In this document: piece by piece, positions 42,286 through 52,494 of the stretch
How the letters are laid out: each line of letters opens with the position of its first letter
Position numbering within the stretch: position 1 is the first letter of the stretch
From: a virus
Direction: 5' to 3' (one strand)
IMG/VR virus record: IMGVR_UViG_3300045988_135522
Length of the DNA stretch: 64,000 nt
Translations under genes and position numbers: made by a program
The notes under the pieces: model-generated
What the model was told of the DNA's origin: nothing
The model's database searches: none
What the model saw: the letters and a program-made list of their open reading frames with translations, nothing else

Positions 42286-42434
42286 AAGATGTATATCTAT
42301 ACATTGTTAAAGCTAATATTAGTATTGACTTTAACACTCTAGCAAAGCTCCCCTGGCGGCGAAGGAAGAAATTTATAGAAGCCGCTGAAGCATATTACGA
42401 TGCACTTGAGAAAGAGCTGCCCAAAGGAAAGTAG
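41497..42434 (+). CDS. tail assembly chaperone, -1 frameshift-extended form (about 312 aa)
   Basis: After the slip at 42261-42267 the -1 frame reads LPTGELEDVYLYIVKANISIDFNTLAKLPWRRRKKFIEAAEAYYDALEKELPKGK. This matches the conserved G/GT-type arrangement upstream of tape-measure genes. Confidence 0.55.
42261..42267 (+). other. -1 programmed frameshift slippery heptamer T TTT TTC
   Basis: Zero-frame AAT TTT TTC. The -1 frame is closed by TAA at 42258-42260 and open from 42261 to TAG 42432-42434. Confidence 0.6.
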
Positions 42435-42469
42435 GGCAGCTCTCTTTTGTTCGATAAATCTGAAACTAT

Positions 42470-44563
42470 ATGGCTTTTACAAGTGGTAGTCCTTCTGCGG
42501 GACAACTCGAGATAGGTGTAGCTCTTGTCCTTCAAGATAGGTTCTCAAACCAAGCAAGGGAAGCTAGCTCAGTTATCCGGGGTTTACATAGGGATGCCAA
42601 GAATGCAGTACAGGCGAACTTAACTGCAGTTCAGTCGTACGCTAACATGGCAAGTGGGGTGGCCAACTCGATAGTATCGACATTAACCACTACCATTCAA
42701 ACTGGAGCTGACTTCATCGATAGGATGACTTCAGTAGGAGCTATCTCTGGAGCTACCGAAAATCAGATGTCTGGGTTATCTGAAACTGCTCAGACATTAG
42801 GTTTAAGGACCATGTTCATGTCGAGGGATATAGCTTCAGGTATGAAATATTTGGCAATGGCCGGTAATGATGCAAATCAGATTCAGCAAATGATATCTGG
42901 TGCTGCTATGATGGCCAATGCCACAGGCATGGAATTGGGAGGTAAAGGTGGTACTGCTGACTTACTGACCAATATTATGAGGACCTTCAAACTTGAGGGT
43001 CAACAGGCTGCAAATATTGTTGGTGACCAGCTTACTAAAGCTACCATGTCATCCAACGTATCAATGGCCGACTTAGCTGAGTCTATCAAATACTCAGCTG
43101 CATCCATGGTAACTCTGAAACAACAGTTACCACAAGTAGCTGCTATGATTGGTACTCTGGGTAATGCAGGTATTCAGGGTTCTATGGCAGGTACTTCTAT
43201 CCGAAACATGGCTGACTACCTGACTCAGTCATTGACCAATCCTAATTTCAAGGGAGCTAAGGCCTTAGCTAAGTTAGGACTGGGAAAACAGGATTTTGTA
43301 GATGCTAACGGAGACCTTCAGGATTTTGCAGTAATTCTGGAGAAGATTGGTGAAGCTACTCAAGGTTTATCAACTATAGACCAGAATGCCGTATTCAAGA
43401 GTATCTTCGGTGTACGTGGTATGCGTGCTGCAGTTGCAATCATGCGTGATACTGAAGGTTACTTTGACCTGTTAAATAAGATACAAAACAATTCTGCGGG
43501 ATTTGCTGAAGAGGTAGTAGGAAAGCGAATGGAAACTCTTGCCGGTAAGATTGATATAGTTCAGTCTGCTGCTGAGAACCTTATGACTACTTTCAGTGAA
43601 GCCCTCGGTAAGAATCCTATTATAATGGGATTCCTCGATATGGTTGGTTGGGCAATATCCCAGCTTCGTGACCTAATGGCAACTCCATTTGGTCCGTGGA
43701 TAGCTGGATTTGCTGCTATAGCTGCAGTTGGTTTAAAGGTAGGTTCTATTTGGATGGGACTGAGAGCACGATGGTTATTACTGAATGGTGACTCTCAAGT
43801 ATCATTCAAAACCATGATAAGATTAATGATGGGCGGCTGGTCTCAAGCCACTATGTCTGCTCAGGGTTACTTAAACATGGAAAGAGCCATCATAGCTCAA
43901 AGGAAGGCTGGTATCGGAGCAAGTGCGGCTACCGTTGCAGGTATGGCTGGATTACCAGGTTATTTCTATAATGGTAATATTCCAGCAAAAATGGGAGCTA
44001 ATGGCAGATATTATGCTAAAACTGGTAGGGGAGCTTCTGGATGGACTCCTGTGCCGGCTGCAATGGTGACTGCTACTGATCCAGGTAAGATGACCCGAAA
44101 CTTAATGAATACTACTGCAGCAGGTGCAGCTGCCAATGCCGCATCTCGAGGGGCTTTAGCTTCTGTGGGTAGAGGTATATTGGGATTTGGTTCTAAATTA
44201 CTGGGATTCTTTGGAGGTCCACTTGGGTTAGCCATTACTGGTATATCCATAGTGGGGCCCATGATATATAATGCTCTCAAGAGTAATAAATCATCTCAAG
44301 ATGAAAATACAAGGGCAACTAATGACTTAGCTTCTGCTATCAAAGCCAGTCGGGAAGGTTATAAACAAAGAGATAATCTTCAGATGATGACAGTTCAGGA
44401 GCTGAGATGGTTAGTACAAACTCTTGGCTTATACACTGATAAAATCAGTAAATTAGAAAGTAAGCCCGTACATGTGGTCATTAATAATGATGGTAAGAAA
44501 GCTTTTGAGGAATATATCGGAGATCGAGATGCAGAGATGAATGTGGCTGCGGGAGTAAATTAA
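42470..44563 (+). CDS. tail tape measure protein
   Basis: 697 aa. Helical, Ala/Gly/Met-rich. The core MTSVGAISGATENQMSGLSETAQTLGLRTMFMSRDIASGMKYLAMAGN matches the TP901-type TMP core. Hydrophobic Gly-rich segments in the C-terminal half. Confidence 0.85.
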   Translation: MAFTSGSPSAGQLEIGVALVLQDRFSNQAREASSVIRGLHRDAKNAVQANLTAVQSYANMASGVANSIVSTLTTTIQTGADFIDRMTSVGAISGATENQMSGLSETAQTLGLRTMFMSRDIASGMKYLAMAGNDANQIQQMISGAAMMANATGMELGGKGGTADLLTNIMRTFKLEGQQAANIVGDQLTKATMSSNVSMADLAESIKYSAASMVTLKQQLPQVAAMIGTLGNAGIQGSMAGTSIRNMADYLTQSLTNPNFKGAKALAKLGLGKQDFVDANGDLQDFAVILEKIGEATQGLSTIDQNAVFKSIFGVRGMRAAVAIMRDTEGYFDLLNKIQNNSAGFAEEVVGKRMETLAGKIDIVQSAAENLMTTFSEALGKNPIIMGFLDMVGWAISQLRDLMATPFGPWIAGFAAIAAVGLKVGSIWMGLRARWLLLNGDSQVSFKTMIRLMMGGWSQATMSAQGYLNMERAIIAQRKAGIGASAATVAGMAGLPGYFYNGNIPAKMGANGRYYAKTGRGASGWTPVPAAMVTATDPGKMTRNLMNTTAAGAAANAASRGALASVGRGILGFGSKLLGFFGGPLGLAITGISIVGPMIYNALKSNKSSQDENTRATNDLASAIKASREGYKQRDNLQMMTVQELRWLVQTLGLYTDKISKLESKPVHVVINNDGKKAFEEYIGDRDAEMNVAAGVN

Positions 44564-44573
44564 CGTTTAGATT

Positions 44574-45584
44574 ATGGCATCACTTATAGGAAAACCTGTG
44601 GGAAAAGTAGCTCAAGAAGTAGCTGACCTTGAGCAGGGGAGGGTATTCCAATCTCCTCTCAATAAAGCTTGGAGGGCTCTTATACTTTTAAATCGGACTA
44701 CTTCTCCGATGGCTAAATCTGGGGTAAGAGAAACTAATACTGAGGCTAAAAAAGCTGATGCCATTAATTCTCACTATGCCCGAGAGAAGTCTTTTTCAGT
44801 GGCCCAATCCCAAGATCCTTGGAGTAATAACAAAGTAGTTGCTAGAACTTCTGGAGTATCCGCTGAGGAATTGGTTAAGTCAAAAGCTATAGATTATACT
44901 ATGGCTAACCAATTAGTATCTGATATCATAAAGAATGATATTGTGATAGCTAACTTAAATGGTACCCCTCCAGTCAGTTTGGTGATTCAGAATCGTCCTA
45001 ATAGTATAAGGGTAGAACCCACTGCTACTTGGGCCGCTGTTAAATCCATGGGTCGTAATAATCCTTTCTATTTTTATACGGGAGGAGAGGATACAATAAC
45101 CTTCGATATCTCCTGGTATTCAGTAGATACTGAACATCGAGATGATGTGGTGAATAAGTGTAGATTACTTGAATCATGGACTCGAGCCGATGGTTATTCT
45201 GCATCCCCTCCGACTTTAAGGATACAGTGGGGTAACTCGGGTCTATTTGAGGACGATCTCTTCATATTAGCCTCAGCTCAATATGAACTCACTCACTTCC
45301 AGAATGCGGCTCGCATGAGGAGGAGATACGATAATGATCCGGATACGGGTCAGAGGATCACTAGTACTGTTAGTCAACCCTTTGACCTTAAATTACTTCC
45401 CAACTATGCTACTCAAACTCTTACCTTCAAGAGAGTGACTAAAAACAACAGAACTTGGGAAGAGATTATACCCAACGAAAAACTCATAAGAACTCCGGGT
45501 ATAATTATGGATGATACGGATAGGGACTTCATTCAGGATATGGACGAAGTGTATAGTCAAGGATTAAATGATCTAAGCTTATGA
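44574..45584 (+). CDS. tail/baseplate protein (position of Mu gp43 / P2 gpU)
   Basis: 336-aa ORF between the TMP and LysM-like genes. Assigned by synteny only. Confidence 0.4.
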   Translation: MASLIGKPVGKVAQEVADLEQGRVFQSPLNKAWRALILLNRTTSPMAKSGVRETNTEAKKADAINSHYAREKSFSVAQSQDPWSNNKVVARTSGVSAEELVKSKAIDYTMANQLVSDIIKNDIVIANLNGTPPVSLVIQNRPNSIRVEPTATWAAVKSMGRNNPFYFYTGGEDTITFDISWYSVDTEHRDDVVNKCRLLESWTRADGYSASPPTLRIQWGNSGLFEDDLFILASAQYELTHFQNAARMRRRYDNDPDTGQRITSTVSQPFDLKLLPNYATQTLTFKRVTKNNRTWEEIIPNEKLIRTPGIIMDDTDRDFIQDMDEVYSQGLNDLSL

Positions 45585-45856
45585 TAGCTATTCCAGGAAC
45601 AAGTCCTTATGAGGACAGCTATGTAATAAAGTTCCCCGATGGAGATGTGTCTTTGGAAAGGAATATACCCGCAATACCTTCGGATCACTTAATTCATTCA
45701 GTGCTCGAGGGGGAGACCATCCAAAGCATTGCTTTCAGGTACTATGGTGATTCTGGAATGTGGGGAGTAATTGCCGATGCTAATGATATCCTTAACCCCT
45801 TCGAGGATGTTCACGCGGATATGGAGTTAATTATACCGAACTATGGAGGACAGTAA
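45581..45856 (+). CDS. LysM-like tail protein X
   Basis: 91 aa. HSVLEGETIQSIAFRYYGDSGMWGVIADANDILNPFEDVHADMELIIP fits the LysM / P2 gpX pattern. Confidence 0.65.
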   Translation: MIAIPGTSPYEDSYVIKFPDGDVSLERNIPAIPSDHLIHSVLEGETIQSIAFRYYGDSGMWGVIADANDILNPFEDVHADMELIIPNYGGQ

Positions 45857-46397
45857 ACCTATTCTCTTAAATGGTAATGGTACTCCATACCTTGCCATAT
45901 TTGATGGGACAGGCTCTCCTATTATGGACGAGTTCAATGATATCCCCATTGGTATGGAAGTTGAGAACTTCAATTACAAGTACACTGAAGGTAAAGGAGA
46001 CAAAGGTAGGTTCACTATAGTAACTGACTTTGTGGGAATAGTTGACCATCCTTCTCTGCAGTTCAAAATGCCTTTGAAAATACAGTGGGGATGGATATTC
46101 AGTGATCGATCTTTCAAGTCTGGTCCTGTGAGACTAGTCAATGTGAAGAGTCATCAGATAGAGTTTACACCCGAGGGGGTAAGGTTTACCATAGAATTTG
46201 CAGATGCAAAGATGTTCCTTGAAGCTGAACCCTCTACTTTTGTGGGTAATAAGACTGAGTATCTGGATGTATTCAAGGAATTAGCCCTGGGTAAAATGCC
46301 TTTAGTTATAATGGATTACTCTGAGAAAGCGGGCACAGCTCTAACAATAACCGATAATCAACCGTGTGATGGCAAAACAGAGCAACGAGAAAAGTAA
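45843..46397 (+). CDS. baseplate hub protein, N-terminal portion (gpD/Mu gp44-like)
   Basis: 184 aa. PLKIQWGWIFSDRSFKSGPVRLVNVKSHQIEFTPEGVRFTIEFADA resembles the N-terminal core of gpD-like hubs. Confidence 0.5.
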   Translation: MEDSKPILLNGNGTPYLAIFDGTGSPIMDEFNDIPIGMEVENFNYKYTEGKGDKGRFTIVTDFVGIVDHPSLQFKMPLKIQWGWIFSDRSFKSGPVRLVNVKSHQIEFTPEGVRFTIEFADAKMFLEAEPSTFVGNKTEYLDVFKELALGKMPLVIMDYSEKAGTALTITDNQPCDGKTEQREK

Positions 46398-48039
46398 GCC
46401 TTGCTTACCTTGCTATACAGGGATACAGAATTCAGAGGAATTGGATGACGGGTTAGTGGGAGTAAAGTTACTTGAACTCTCCCCCGAGAATCTCTCTAAA
46501 CCCTCTCAAGATCCCGATAGGTATAAGTTAAAGCTGCTACCAACTACCTTTGCTGAAGGTACTGTGATAGTGGGTTCAGCTACATTTCTGAACAAGTATT
46601 CTCAATTGGTGGGCATAGCTAAGTCTTTGTCAGGAGGCCCTAATTTTGTGGATACTCGTGACAATAAGATTGAGATACATAACGGTAAGCAATCGGGTAA
46701 AACCGTATTTGCTTATACCTTTGCTGGCAAAACTGGAGAACTTTTAGAGTTCAGGGTACAAACTAAATACGTACAGAGTATAGAAGCGGGTAAAGCTTCT
46801 AGTGTAGATCCTGACACTAAAGCGGTAGAAACCGAAGTAGTTCAGTGTATACCCACTAATGATGATCCATGTAAGCCTGATGCTTACATCAAAGAAAATA
46901 AATCGGGAATATTGAGGCAACCTCAGGATATTACCCGGATGGCAAAATTTGAAAGGGCAGTATCTCCCAATACTTCTATCTGCCGTCAGGTAAACCGTCC
47001 TTCTAAGACTCCTCCGGTATATAACTCTATAACGGATGCTAAACAAAAGTTAGCTTCAAATCCTTCTTTAACTACCGAAGAAGTTAGAGCCTATAATTCT
47101 CAGATAGAAGCCGAGTGGAAGAACTATCAGGATGCTCTTAAAAAATTCGAGAATGCTCTAAGGAGTTATGCTCAAAAGGTGAGCTCGGGTGAAGAAGTAA
47201 AGCCTGAGGAAAAGCCCAAATTACCTCAGCCTCCTGATGAGGTATCTAACTTTGTGATCCGAAGGAAAGTACGGGTATTATTAGACCCGGTTGACTATTC
47301 GACCCGAGGTACCAAAGCTTATGCCCAGGGCCAGAATAACAATTTCTATGATACCATAAATTGGAAGTCTGGGTACAGGGCATTACAGAAAATGTCCGAT
47401 AAAACCATAATAATCCCACCTGGGGGTTATCAAGCTGGGCAGAAAGTACTTGTAGAAATGGAACTTGAGATACAAGTACCCGGTGTACGGGTAGTATCCG
47501 ACCCCTTATTCCTGACTATGGGTAGCTTTATGTCTAATGATATTATCGAATCTGTAAATAGCCAAATTAAGGCTAAGGCTAAATTCGTGGGTAACCCTGA
47601 TATGCAGTCTTCGCAGATTATCGAGATAAAGAATGTCGGTCAGAAATACTCGGGTGATTGGTATGCTAAGGAAGTTGAACATAGCTTTGATACTAGCGGA
47701 TATTTCACTGAGGTCACTTTTGAGAAGAAGTCACGTAATTCAATACTGAACCGTATATCCACTTCAGTAAACACCCAAGAGGTATTCCAAAAAGCCCATG
47801 ATATAGCTAAAGAATCCTATACTACGGGTGCTTGGAAAATACCAAGTATGATCAAATCTGAGGTCTCAAGGTATCGAGCTTCGACTTGGAAAGAGGGAGA
47901 AAAGGAGAATCCTCAAAGATCTGGTCGTCAAATTGTTGTACACCAGAATAATCGGGATAATCCCGCTGATTATGAAGTGGTAGTAGACTCAAGGGTGGAT
48001 TTTCAAGTGGGTAGGAATATAAGTCCGAAAGAATCATGA
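46369..48039 (+). CDS. baseplate hub protein, C-terminal portion with a long insertion (gpD/Mu gp44-like)
   Basis: The tracked start at 46366 is a GTG; ATG follows at 46369. The C-terminal KNVGQKYSGDWYAKEVEHSFDTSGYFTEVTFEKK resembles the gpD C-terminal core. Confidence 0.55.
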   Translation: MAKQSNEKSKPCLPCYTGIQNSEELDDGLVGVKLLELSPENLSKPSQDPDRYKLKLLPTTFAEGTVIVGSATFLNKYSQLVGIAKSLSGGPNFVDTRDNKIEIHNGKQSGKTVFAYTFAGKTGELLEFRVQTKYVQSIEAGKASSVDPDTKAVETEVVQCIPTNDDPCKPDAYIKENKSGILRQPQDITRMAKFERAVSPNTSICRQVNRPSKTPPVYNSITDAKQKLASNPSLTTEEVRAYNSQIEAEWKNYQDALKKFENALRSYAQKVSSGEEVKPEEKPKLPQPPDEVSNFVIRRKVRVLLDPVDYSTRGTKAYAQGQNNNFYDTINWKSGYRALQKMSDKTIIIPPGGYQAGQKVLVEMELEIQVPGVRVVSDPLFLTMGSFMSNDIIESVNSQIKAKAKFVGNPDMQSSQIIEIKNVGQKYSGDWYAKEVEHSFDTSGYFTEVTFEKKSRNSILNRISTSVNTQEVFQKAHDIAKESYTTGAWKIPSMIKSEVSRYRASTWKEGEKENPQRSGRQIVVHQNNRDNPADYEVVVDSRVDFQVGRNISPKES

Positions 48040-48731
48040 ACCTATATGAATTGATTCAACAGAGAGGTATAGAGTCAATCGGTAGATTTTACTCTACTTA
48101 TCGAGGTATAGTGATAACTTCCGACGACCCTGACTCTCAGAATAAGGTATGTGTATATCTCCCGAGTGTCTTAAGGGGTGTAGAAGTATGGGCCTATCCC
48201 AAACATCAACAAGGAGGTCCCGGTTCTGGATTCAAATGGTTATCTCCTCGTGAGGGTTCTATAGTATATATAGAATTTGAAAACGGGGACCCGAGACACC
48301 CCCTCTGGTCTTATCATGGCTGGGCAATCGGAGAGATGCCTCCCGAATTGGATAAGCCTCACGTACTTGGGTTTATTACACCCAAGGGCAATAAGATTAT
48401 ACTGGATGAAAGTGAATCGGGAGTATTAACTGCAATAATCCAACAAAATATAATTGTTAAGTCTCTAGACGGCAACATAAACGTCGATGCGAATAACATT
48501 ATAATGCAAGGGGGGAAAGTTGGTATTCCTGAATCCAATTCGGTAGTAGGGAGGTTAAATAAAATTGAGCAAGACCTAAATAAAATAAAGCAGACATTCA
48601 CGAATTGGGTCCCTAAACCTCAAGATGGTGGTGCTGCTTTGAAAACTGCTGCTGCATCTTGGGCTGGTTCTAAACTAGAAGAGACTAAGGTGGAGGATAT
48701 TGAAAGCGAAACAATTAAACAACCTAACTAA
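48036..48731 (+). CDS. baseplate central spike (gpV / Mu gp45-like)
   Basis: YRGIVITSDDPDSQNKVCVYLPSVL...WAYP...SPREGSIVYIEFENGDPRHPLW is the OB-fold spike signature. Confidence 0.7.
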   Translation: MNLYELIQQRGIESIGRFYSTYRGIVITSDDPDSQNKVCVYLPSVLRGVEVWAYPKHQQGGPGSGFKWLSPREGSIVYIEFENGDPRHPLWSYHGWAIGEMPPELDKPHVLGFITPKGNKIILDESESGVLTAIIQQNIIVKSLDGNINVDANNIIMQGGKVGIPESNSVVGRLNKIEQDLNKIKQTFTNWVPKPQDGGAALKTAAASWAGSKLEETKVEDIESETIKQPN

Positions 48732-49207
48732 TGGCAAACTATAATCAACTCAACACTATTGGTAGTGGTGCCTATTTCCCTATAAAGCTTGAACAAGCAG
48801 TCGGGAGCGATGGGAAACCAGAATCAGTACAGCTGCCAGACGGAAGAGTAGTACCAAAGATAGGATGGTACATACTCAGAGGAGATGTTGCTTTAATAAA
48901 GCAGAACCTCACAGCTATCCTAACCTATCAAATAGGTCAAAGGTTCAGACAAGAGGACTTTGGTTCTCGAACTTGGGAATGTTTGGAAGAACCCAATACA
49001 AGTGCTCTCAACCTCATGATTAAAAATTTCGTGAAGGATGGCATCGCAGCTTGGGAACCTCGGATAACTGCATTAAAGGTATTCGCTCTGAAACCCACCA
49101 AGGAATCTATAAGACTCTTGATATATTTCAAGGTACAGAACTCTCAAAGGGTAGAAGAGTTAAACTTTCAGTATAACTTAAATAACTCTACAACAAATGT
49201 CTACTAG
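48731..49207 (+). CDS. baseplate wedge protein (gpW / T4 gp25-like)
   Basis: GQRFRQEDFGSRTWECLEEPNT...IKNFVKDGIAAWEPRI matches the GPW_gp25 pattern. Confidence 0.75.
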   Translation: MANYNQLNTIGSGAYFPIKLEQAVGSDGKPESVQLPDGRVVPKIGWYILRGDVALIKQNLTAILTYQIGQRFRQEDFGSRTWECLEEPNTSALNLMIKNFVKDGIAAWEPRITALKVFALKPTKESIRLLIYFKVQNSQRVEELNFQYNLNNSTTNVY

Positions 49208-50972
49208 CAACCCTTGGCTCACCCCTTTTCAGAGGTCATATAATGACATAAAAGCCAAACTGATTCAATCTCTGAATGAAAGGGTTCCAGAGATAACGGA
49301 TATGAGTGAAGGTAATATATTTATCCTTACACTCTCAATCTTTGCAGGTATTGCTGAAGTGATACATTACTATATAGATGGTATGGCAAGAGAGGCTTTC
49401 CTCCCAACTTGTCGAAGGTATTCATCCCTCTACAAACATGCCAAGTTAGTTGATTATCATATAAAGTCAGCTATCCCATCTTCAGTAGACTTAACCGTAT
49501 ACATGCAAGATGGAAGTCCTTTCCCTGTAGATATACAAGTACCGCAGAACACCATTTTTAATTCAAAGGATGGTAAACAGTGGATAACTACTCGCAATAT
49601 AACCATTGAAAAGGGTACATATACTTATAAAGTCCCAGTAGTTCAAAAAGAGGCTGTAGAGGAAGTAGAACTGGGTACATACACCTCTCACAATACTATC
49701 ATAACTCTAGGAGATTTACCTTCTGACAAGAAGTACGTAGAAGGTTCTATGGTACTTACCGTAGGTGGAGAAGCTTGGACTTTAGTGGATACTTTTGCTT
49801 ACTCAAGTCCCGGAGATAAGGTATACAAAATAGAATTGGATACTACTCTTACTCCCTATTTGGTATTTGGTGATGGGCAGTTCGGTAAGAAACCCAGTAT
49901 AGGCTCACTGATCAAGGGTCAGTATTATTTAACTTATGGATCAAGCGGGAATATACCCTCCAACCAGTTTGAGCAAGTACCCGAGGTGATGACTAATGTA
50001 ACTTCAGGCCTTACTCTTACTAATACCATAGCTGCTACTGGAGGATCTGACTATGAGGATTTTGATACTCTCAAGGGACATATCCCTCTCAGTATTAAGA
50101 CTCTCGGAGTGGCTATCACCAAGGAAGATTACGAAGCTATAGCCATGTTGATAAACGGAGTGGATAAGGCCTATTGCAATTACATCTGTGGAAAATACGT
50201 GGAGATATATATCACTCCCGATGGAGGTTCAGAGGCCAGTACCGAGCTTATCAATAATGTGAAGCAGAGGATGGAATCCTCTAAGGTGCTGACTACTAGA
50301 GTTAGTGTATATTCTACTCATGCTGCTAAGGTTTATTTATCCGCTGAGATCACAGGTAAGAAGTCTTTTAAATCCATAGATATAAGCAACCAAGTGAAGA
50401 AAGCATTGTTAGATGCTTATAACTATCAGAACTCCGATATCAATAAGCCGGTAAGACAGTCGGATTTGTACGCTCTTATGGATAATCAACCCATGGTTGA
50501 CTTCCTTACTATAACCGAACTGTATTTATTGCCCTATCCCATAGCCATAAACACCAACTCTCAAAATCAAGAAGAGATAGTATCAGTACCCGCACTGAAT
50601 ATTACCTATTTCAAGATGATATCCTTTACAACTTCCACTCCAGAATCCGATTTTGAGAATTGTTACATACAAACTGTGGTAGAGGGCGGTGAATCATTTT
50701 ACAAGGTATATGCTAATAAGGAATTATCGGGCAATGCTCTATATTCGGGTCAGTATGGTAAGCCTCTCGAAGTAATTCTAACCAAATCTAAGTTTAGTCT
50801 TACAGTTAACTTACCAGTTGAAAATGCTAACTATGAAAACGGAACAGTATATCAATTAACTACCCAACCTATGGGGAGCAATGGTAGATTGGTAGATCTG
50901 ATCCCGCATAACTACAATATCCCTATCATCAGTTCGGATAATATAACACTCAAAGTAAATGAAGTGGTTTAA
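49197..50972 (+). CDS. baseplate J-like protein (gpJ / T4 gp6-like)
   Basis: 591 aa. N-terminal YNDIKAKLIQSLNERVPEITDMSEGNIFILTLSIFAGIAEVIHYYIDGMAREAFL. Synteny after the gp25-like gene. Confidence 0.7.
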   Translation: MSTSNPWLTPFQRSYNDIKAKLIQSLNERVPEITDMSEGNIFILTLSIFAGIAEVIHYYIDGMAREAFLPTCRRYSSLYKHAKLVDYHIKSAIPSSVDLTVYMQDGSPFPVDIQVPQNTIFNSKDGKQWITTRNITIEKGTYTYKVPVVQKEAVEEVELGTYTSHNTIITLGDLPSDKKYVEGSMVLTVGGEAWTLVDTFAYSSPGDKVYKIELDTTLTPYLVFGDGQFGKKPSIGSLIKGQYYLTYGSSGNIPSNQFEQVPEVMTNVTSGLTLTNTIAATGGSDYEDFDTLKGHIPLSIKTLGVAITKEDYEAIAMLINGVDKAYCNYICGKYVEIYITPDGGSEASTELINNVKQRMESSKVLTTRVSVYSTHAAKVYLSAEITGKKSFKSIDISNQVKKALLDAYNYQNSDINKPVRQSDLYALMDNQPMVDFLTITELYLLPYPIAINTNSQNQEEIVSVPALNITYFKMISFTTSTPESDFENCYIQTVVEGGESFYKVYANKELSGNALYSGQYGKPLEVILTKSKFSLTVNLPVENANYENGTVYQLTTQPMGSNGRLVDLIPHNYNIPIISSDNITLKVNEVV

Positions 50973-51855
50973 TCCAGCGAAGACATTCTTCAGGGATTTC
51001 ATCTTCAGTAACCTTTTCGACCATTACTATAAAGCCAATGATACTTACCAAGATTCAGAGGGTAAAGGTATATTCGAAAGGTTCATAGATGTATGTTCAG
51101 GTTATTTCGATACTGAGGTAATGCCCGATATAGATAATTTCATGGATTGTCTGGATGTGGATAAAGCCAATCCAATATTCCTGAATTATCTATGGGAATA
51201 CTTTGGGTTCATACCTTATGCCTATGGCGTATTAACTAAGGGAGAGCCCTATACAGAGGAGAATCTAGAGAATTGGGTAAAAGAAGACAGGGGTTTTCCT
51301 ACTGCTGATTTCCGATTAGTTCTAAGATACGCCATATCTTTGTATAAGATACGAGGCACAAAACGGTTTTATGAAATTCTGGGCCGTTTCTATGGAGTAA
51401 CCTTTACTCTCACCGAAGTGGATGAGGGAACCAAACAAGCTGTTGCCCAGGCAATAGGGGATGGTTCTGTAAACTATGACACTATCTCTCACTTTGATAC
51501 TCCTTCAGCTACCTACGATACTGAGACAGACTGTTGGGAATGCGTCCCAATGATTCTCACTATTGGTATACCAAAAGGTCAATGGGACTTTATGTTAAAG
51601 AGGGACAAAGAGATTCAGGAACAACTCCTGGAAGAGTGGAAGCTAATGAACCCAGATGCAACTGAGGAAGAGATTCAGGCCGCAAGGGAACAAATAGAAT
51701 CCGAACATCTCTCTGATTACAGTGATAAGGTACGGGAGACTTTAGTAAACATTGTCAACAAATATCTCCCCGTAAATGTAAAGTATTTCGAACCAAAAGA
51801 CAGTTCAGTAGTATTCGAACAAACCTCAGTAGTAATCTATATTGTATATGCTTAG
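50959..51855 (+). CDS. baseplate/tail protein I-like (P2 gpI / Mu gp48 position)
   Basis: LNYLWEYFGF...RLVLRYAISLYKIRGTKRFYEILGRFYGV resembles the gpI pattern. Synteny. Confidence 0.5.
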   Translation: MKWFNPAKTFFRDFIFSNLFDHYYKANDTYQDSEGKGIFERFIDVCSGYFDTEVMPDIDNFMDCLDVDKANPIFLNYLWEYFGFIPYAYGVLTKGEPYTEENLENWVKEDRGFPTADFRLVLRYAISLYKIRGTKRFYEILGRFYGVTFTLTEVDEGTKQAVAQAIGDGSVNYDTISHFDTPSATYDTETDCWECVPMILTIGIPKGQWDFMLKRDKEIQEQLLEEWKLMNPDATEEEIQAAREQIESEHLSDYSDKVRETLVNIVNKYLPVNVKYFEPKDSSVVFEQTSVVIYIVYA

Positions 51856-51856
51856 T

Positions 51857-52492
51857 ATGCCTCTAATCTCATTCTTATTCGCAACTGCTCAAGAAGACCC
51901 TAAGTTGGACAATGCAGTTCAGTCGCTAACTAAATCTTCAATTGAGTTAGCTGAAGCAGCCTCCAATTATGGGGCTTTGAAAGTAATCTTCGGTATCTTC
52001 ATGGTATTGGTTCTGGTAATGGTAGTGATGTTTATATACACTATCTGGAACTTAAACAAGAAGGTATCGGTAGTTTCTGAATCTTCACAACAGGTAAAGG
52101 AATTCTTCGATGGAGCAGCTGATTCTACAGTTGGCATAACCGAGGCTCAAGTATTGATTCGTAGGGAGTTCAACTGTTTGGGCCATATATTAAAGTATGC
52201 CATACTACGAATAAGATTCGAGAACCATATAGACAACAAGGAGTCTACAGTAAAGAAAGTGGAAAGCTTAGTAAACAATGAATATTCCGAACTATGTGGA
52301 CTACTTTCCAACTTCACTTGTAATGGTAAATCTCTCTCAAATATCTTTGAGCCTCAGGATAACGAGGCAATAAAAGATTTGGTAATAGAACAGATATACA
52401 TACCTAAGGACCAGTTTTCCATTTCAAACATGGACCAATCTGTAAGTATGTATCTCAACGGATTAAAACTAATGTACCTTAAAAAATTATAA
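51857..52492 (+). CDS. membrane protein, possible holin/lysis accessory
   Basis: One strong TM (LKVIFGIFMVLVLVMVVMFIYTIW). Immediately upstream of the amidase gene. Start chosen at the ATG after the upstream stop (tracked start 51842). Confidence 0.35.
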   Translation: MPLISFLFATAQEDPKLDNAVQSLTKSSIELAEAASNYGALKVIFGIFMVLVLVMVVMFIYTIWNLNKKVSVVSESSQQVKEFFDGAADSTVGITEAQVLIRREFNCLGHILKYAILRIRFENHIDNKESTVKKVESLVNNEYSELCGLLSNFTCNGKSLSNIFEPQDNEAIKDLVIEQIYIPKDQFSISNMDQSVSMYLNGLKLMYLKKL

Positions 52493-52494
52493 CT

